A DNA stretch of 64,000 bases from the human T2T-CHM13v2.0 reference genome, Homo sapiens: assembly GCF_009914755.1 (NCBI RefSeq), contig NC_060936.1, one strand, 5' to 3'. Below, piece by piece: positions 59,034-64,000 of the stretch. Under the pieces are notes generated by a model. The model was not told where the DNA came from, made no database searches, and worked only from the letters and a program-made list of their open reading frames with translations. Each line of letters starts with the position of its first letter. Position 1 is the first letter of the stretch. The translations under genes and the position numbers were made by a program.

Positions 59034-61199
59034 GGGTGAGAAAAAAAGAACAAATAATTTTATTGTTTCTCTGATCTTTATTCTTTATTTTCCTGACCAT
59101 GTCCCCCAATAAGATTTTGAGTAGAAAATTTGTTGATCTTAATTTTAAAGGGCCTGCTTTTAAGATTGTATGATGAAACATGATATATTTTTGCAGGTTT
59201 TCATTAGATAGTCTTATCAGGTAAATGAATTTCTCTTTCATATCTCCTATATTTGTAGGTTACAAGGAATATATTTTTATGTTTTTATTTTCTTTTTATA
59301 ATTGTGTGTCAAAATTGACTAGATAAACCTTGTGTATCTACTTATAACTTTTTAAAAATACGTTACAAGTTTGTTTAAATTAGTTGACGGTAAGCTATCC
59401 CTTAATTTCTGAGAAAACATATATTTTATCAGAATATTTTACTTTTGTGTATACATTGCTGGTATAGGTTTCAAATTTTTTTAAAAAAATTTTTAATCTT
59501 TGAAAATGTCATTAACCTTCAATCTTTCTCACACTGACCTAAACAAGCTTTAATATGAAGGTTACGTACCAGCAAAATTAAGTGTTCTAGAAATTTGTCA
59601 TTTTTTAATACATTCTGGTTAAAAAAAATTAGATAAGATAAAAATTATCTTTTATGTGAGAATTTGCTAACATGTGCCACTAAAAATTTTTTTAGAACAA
59701 CAGTGGGTTTTGTATTAGTGTGAATATTTTTGTGTGTTAATGTGTGTGTCTGTGTATTGAGTGGATATGTCCCTGCAATATCTGTTGTTAGCAATCATTT
59801 TTCACTTTTATTTTTGTACCAAACATTTTGTCTTGATCGAACTAATCAGTGGTTATTATTTATTTTGCTTATTTTTATTTTTAATTATTTTATTGTTTCT
59901 CACTGTTATTATTATTGTATAATCCTATATCACTAATAATTTGATATTACTTTATTTCTTATTTTGTTACAAGTATTTTGATGTATAATATATTGCTTTC
60001 ATTTTTGGTTTCTTGATTTTTCTTTTACATTCTTATTCTTATGCCCCTTTTTTTCTTTCTTTCAGTATATTCAGTTGCCTTCCTATTATTAAACCATTGA
60101 ATTATACATGTTACATTAATTTTCAAGCATTCTTATTTTCAAACATTCTTTTTTCATGATATAAAATATAGAATATATATTTTAATTTATACACTACTTT
60201 ATTCATACAACACAATTGTTGAATTTAATACTTTTGTTGTCATTCAGTTCTACATATTTTTAATTTAAGTTTACATTCACTTCACTTTTGATTGATAGAA
60301 TATTTAAATTGTTTATTATTTTAACATAATCCAAAAATTATTAAAAATTGTTTTGTTTCTTTTTGTATTGTTTTTACATTGTAATTTATTTCTTGATATT
60401 TGTTTCATATTGTTTCTTTAGTAATTTGGAGACTTGCTTTGTTTCCTCCTATTTGGATGAATGTTCCACGTGTATTCTTCTACATCTGTTGGGTACAGAC
60501 AAAAGTCCATCAAATCAAGCTTATAAATGAAGTTGTCTCACTTATTTTTTTCTATGGTTTTAAAAATTGTTCTTTCTGTTTAATCTAGCATTTATTGAGA
60601 AATAGGCCTACTAGTTTGGTAAATATTTTGAACCTTTGTTGCTATAAGCATTAAAGTTCAGAATCATTTTATATTCACAGTGAATTTCTCCTTCCATAAT
60701 TTAGAAATGTCCATTTTTATCCTTGACAATGACTTCTTCTGCAAAGTTTGTCATCTCAGAAAATTAATAGAAATATTACTGTGGCAGAAATAAAGCCAAA
60801 ATTGAAAATCACAGTAGTACTCTTTGCAAAGATTTTGAGAGAGGAAATATGTCTTAATATGCATTGGCTTTGATTTTAATCTGTACACTAGGATAGAGTG
60901 TGGGCCTTTTAAACTGCCTAAAGCAGGAATTTGAACTGGTTCCTTCCAGAAGTGGCACTGGCATAATTCTTATTTTAAAAAACAAACAAGACAATACATA
61001 AATATAACTTACCTGAAGAACTATAAACCTAGTACCCTACTTGCACAAGGTGAGAAATGAATATTAACAGCAAAAGGTCTATTAAATAAATTAATGTAAA
61101 ACTACTTTGACCAGATATTGCCACAACTGCAACTGAATGAAATTTACACAGGGGAGAAATGTGCCAATAAAGATACACTCTTTAAGTTATGCAACATAA

Positions 61200-62090
61200 G
61201 ACAAAATTTCCATCATGAATTCAAAACATAAGAGAATTAGCATTTCCAAGACCAATAACAGAATATTAATCATCAAGAACATAAAAAATAGTCTTAAAAA
61301 TAAGCAAATTTATAAAATAACAAATCAGAATAAATATAACAAATTTGGATAACATGAAGAAATTAAAAAGACATTAAAAATCAGTGAACAGGTGAAACCA
61401 TTCTTTTGCACAGATTAAAAGATAATTAGTGAACTACTCAATAATTATAAAGAAGCAGAGAGGGATAAGGTAATAGAAAATCAGAGTGAATTGTTAGAGG
61501 CATGGAAACTGTAGTGAGATGTCTAACAATACAGAATTAGACAAAGTGGAGAGAGCTGACTTTAAATAGGTAATTAAGGTGATTCTAGAATTGATAGAAT
61601 TCTTGTCTATTCAAGTTCAAGAAGCACAACGGCTCCCGTGTGGAATAAATCCACATGTATACATTCAACAGGGAAAAAAATAAACTCAAATAAAACATTT
61701 TGAAGCTTCTAAAGAAAAAACGACAATAGTACTTTTTTAAGAGCAAGGACAATTGGATTTCCTTTGTCATCTCAAGTGCTAGAACAGAAACACATATGAT
61801 AAAGAACTTCAGTAATGAATTCTTAGAACTCAATAATAAGAATAACATGAAGTCTAACAACATTCTTAACGAATGGAAAAGATATTTAAACAGCCACTTC
61901 ACTAAAATAATTATATGAATGGTAAATAAGCATATGAATAAATGCTGACTACCAGCATGCAAATTAAAATCTCAGCTATATACCCATTAGAAGGGTGACA
62001 ACTTAAAAATCTTAAAGTCAGAGATGGGAATATAATCTCACACATTCCTGGTGCAAATGCAAAATGGTATAACCACTATGAAAAACAAAA
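61200..62090 (+). mobile_element. HAL1/L1ME ORF1-like remnant plus an L1 ORF2-end piece
   Basis: A-rich, with agaggcatggaaactgtagtgagatgtctaaca and caagttcaagaagcacaac, then aacagccacttcactaaa...gcaaattaaaa. Confidence 0.45.
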
Positions 62091-62524
62091 ATGTAAGATT
62101 TACAGTAATTTTCTCTTTTCTAAGTAAATGAGGAAATTGCATATTTTTATTTAGTACTTTCCACATGGCAGCCATTGAAATAAGAGATTTACATGAAAGA
62201 AGTCAATTATTATATCTCAGTTTCTTAAGTATCATCATCATCAACTACTTAAAATGAGAAATAAAAAACTGAAGCTAAAATAACTTGTCTAAGCCCTCAC
62301 AGCTAGTAAGTGGTTCATATATGATATGAATCTTCCTTTTTCTCTAAACTGTGGTGTAGTATAGGTTGCTATATTTAATCAAATTCTTGCCAGCTGCATA
62401 GATTTTCAGTCTTCTAAGGATTCAAATGCAAAAAAGAAAAAAACTATACTGCAAATTGTACATAATTTATTCTTTCTCTAGAAACTTGTAATAATAGATT
62501 TTTCCTAAATTATCCAATGCAAAA

Positions 62525-62790
62525 TAGTAGTTTCAGAGGCAGTCAATAAGTGGTGTATGAAAAATATGTACTGTGGTCAAATACATTTGGGAAAAGTTAA
62601 GATAAAAAGCATAAAAGTTATTTCTTTATTGGAAAATGTTTAAAACTTTTATTTTGCCAAATAATATGTACATTTCTGAAACAATGTACAGTAGTAAACA
62701 ATACCTATATGTATTTTAATACAGAAAACTTTTTTCGTATAATAATTTGCAGGACTAACTTAGAGTTAATTAGAATATCTTCAACAGTTT
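62525..62790. mobile_element. MER103-like DNA transposon remnant
   Basis: tgtggtcaaatacatttgggaaa...tttctttattg resembles MER103C. Confidence 0.4.
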
Positions 62791-64000
62791 GCTCTAAATC
62801 ATAATTATAATAATGATTAAAGTTGCACTATTAAGGCTTAGATTTTAAAAGGTTATTTAACAAAAACCAAAAATGTCTAGTTCCAAACATGGAGGGTAAT
62901 GCTTAATGAGTATTTAACAAATAAGTAAAGCTGTCCATGAAGAAGAAATTCTTCAAAAAGTAAACAAACAAAAAACATTATTTAAGCATGATCCTTTGTT
63001 GTGAAGATTAGGCTATAATGGGATAATTTGCTATAGATAATTCTGAGGAAATATATTTTATTTTTTATTTTTGTTTACAATATGGAAAGCAAATATTACA
63101 AAAAATAAAGATGCCTTTAATCTGAGCATCATCTAACAAGATTTAAGATAAAGTATAAATCATAAAAAGAAATGTCTGTAATTCAACAAATATAAATATA
63201 TGTATTTTTTCTACCTTTATTATAATGGGCAATTTTCTACTTTTATAACATAGAACACAAAATTTGGATCAATATTTCAAAGGTTATTTCTTACTTGTTG
63301 TATATGTCCACTATGGGTTGGTGGGAAGACCCCATTTATAATGGTTTTTCAGTGACTCAGTATGACAAAGACTTCATTTCTACACAAATAACATTTCTAC
63401 AACAAGGAAAGAAAAGTTGGAATTTGACACCATCAATCAATTCCTTTAACTTTCGATTGACTTATGAGACTTAGTTTAATTTCATGGGCTAAAACAAATC
63501 TAGCATTCTTTTCTATCTTAAAGTGGTAGTAAATTCCAACCTAATAATTTGCCTGTAAGAAGAAGAATCACAGTATATGTGGATAGCCCTAATAATCATG
63601 ATCAATAGTTATTTGAAACTATTTTATAAAAGTTTTAATATGTCATTTCAATTTTAACTTTTTAAAGAATTTAATAATAAAGTGATACATAGATTTTTCA
63701 AAGGTTCCACTACAGATTGGTTTATAAGAAGATGAAAGAGAGATACAATATCTTGAATTTAGTAAGATTAGATTTTGAGTTCAGTGTGAAGGATATATTT
63801 GAGGAAATAGATATATAATGTTGAAAACTAATATTAAGTCACAGTGGAGTTATTTGGTTACTACTTTTAAATACTTATCTTACATGTATCTCTATTTTGC
63901 ATCCATAGCATGTCAAATGTAGTTCCACCCTATTTAGGGCAATAGGTAAAACTAATGAGAGTATGCAATGGTGGAATATCCTCAATCATGTTGGAGTGTA

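Noticed and set aside
63880-64000. Possible small RNA or NUMT at the window end
   Set aside because: I recognise no snoRNA boxes, tRNA fold or mitochondrial similarity. A BLAST or Rfam search would be needed.

Overview
This window is AT-rich, gene-poor primate genomic DNA, most likely human because one Alu arm carries AluYa5 diagnostic bases. I find no supportable cellular protein-coding gene, tRNA, rRNA or CRISPR array. The long ORFs are LINE-1 remnants, and the short ORFs are Alu, microsatellite or chance frames. Much of the window is transposon-derived: a full-length, coding-dead L1PA3 (6896-13050, 17-bp TSD) that keeps the ZNF93-target segment but has a mutated YY1 site; a 5'-truncated L1PA2; a complete two-LTR MLT1B MaLR provirus with a perfect 5-bp TSD; four L1s with twin-priming inversions; about ten Alu/FLAM copies; solo LTRs; and a nested L1 stack at 48-60 kb. 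The most notable non-routine observations are (i) an apparently identical 350-bp non-tandem duplication inside an ancient L1, with a fold-back scar at its junction, (ii) a trimeric Alu made by an AluYa5 right arm inserting into the linker of an older AluY, and (iii) several small template-switch-like scars. I see no evidence of a new multi-gene biological system. Subfamily calls come from remembered consensus sequences and need RepeatMasker/Dfam confirmation.
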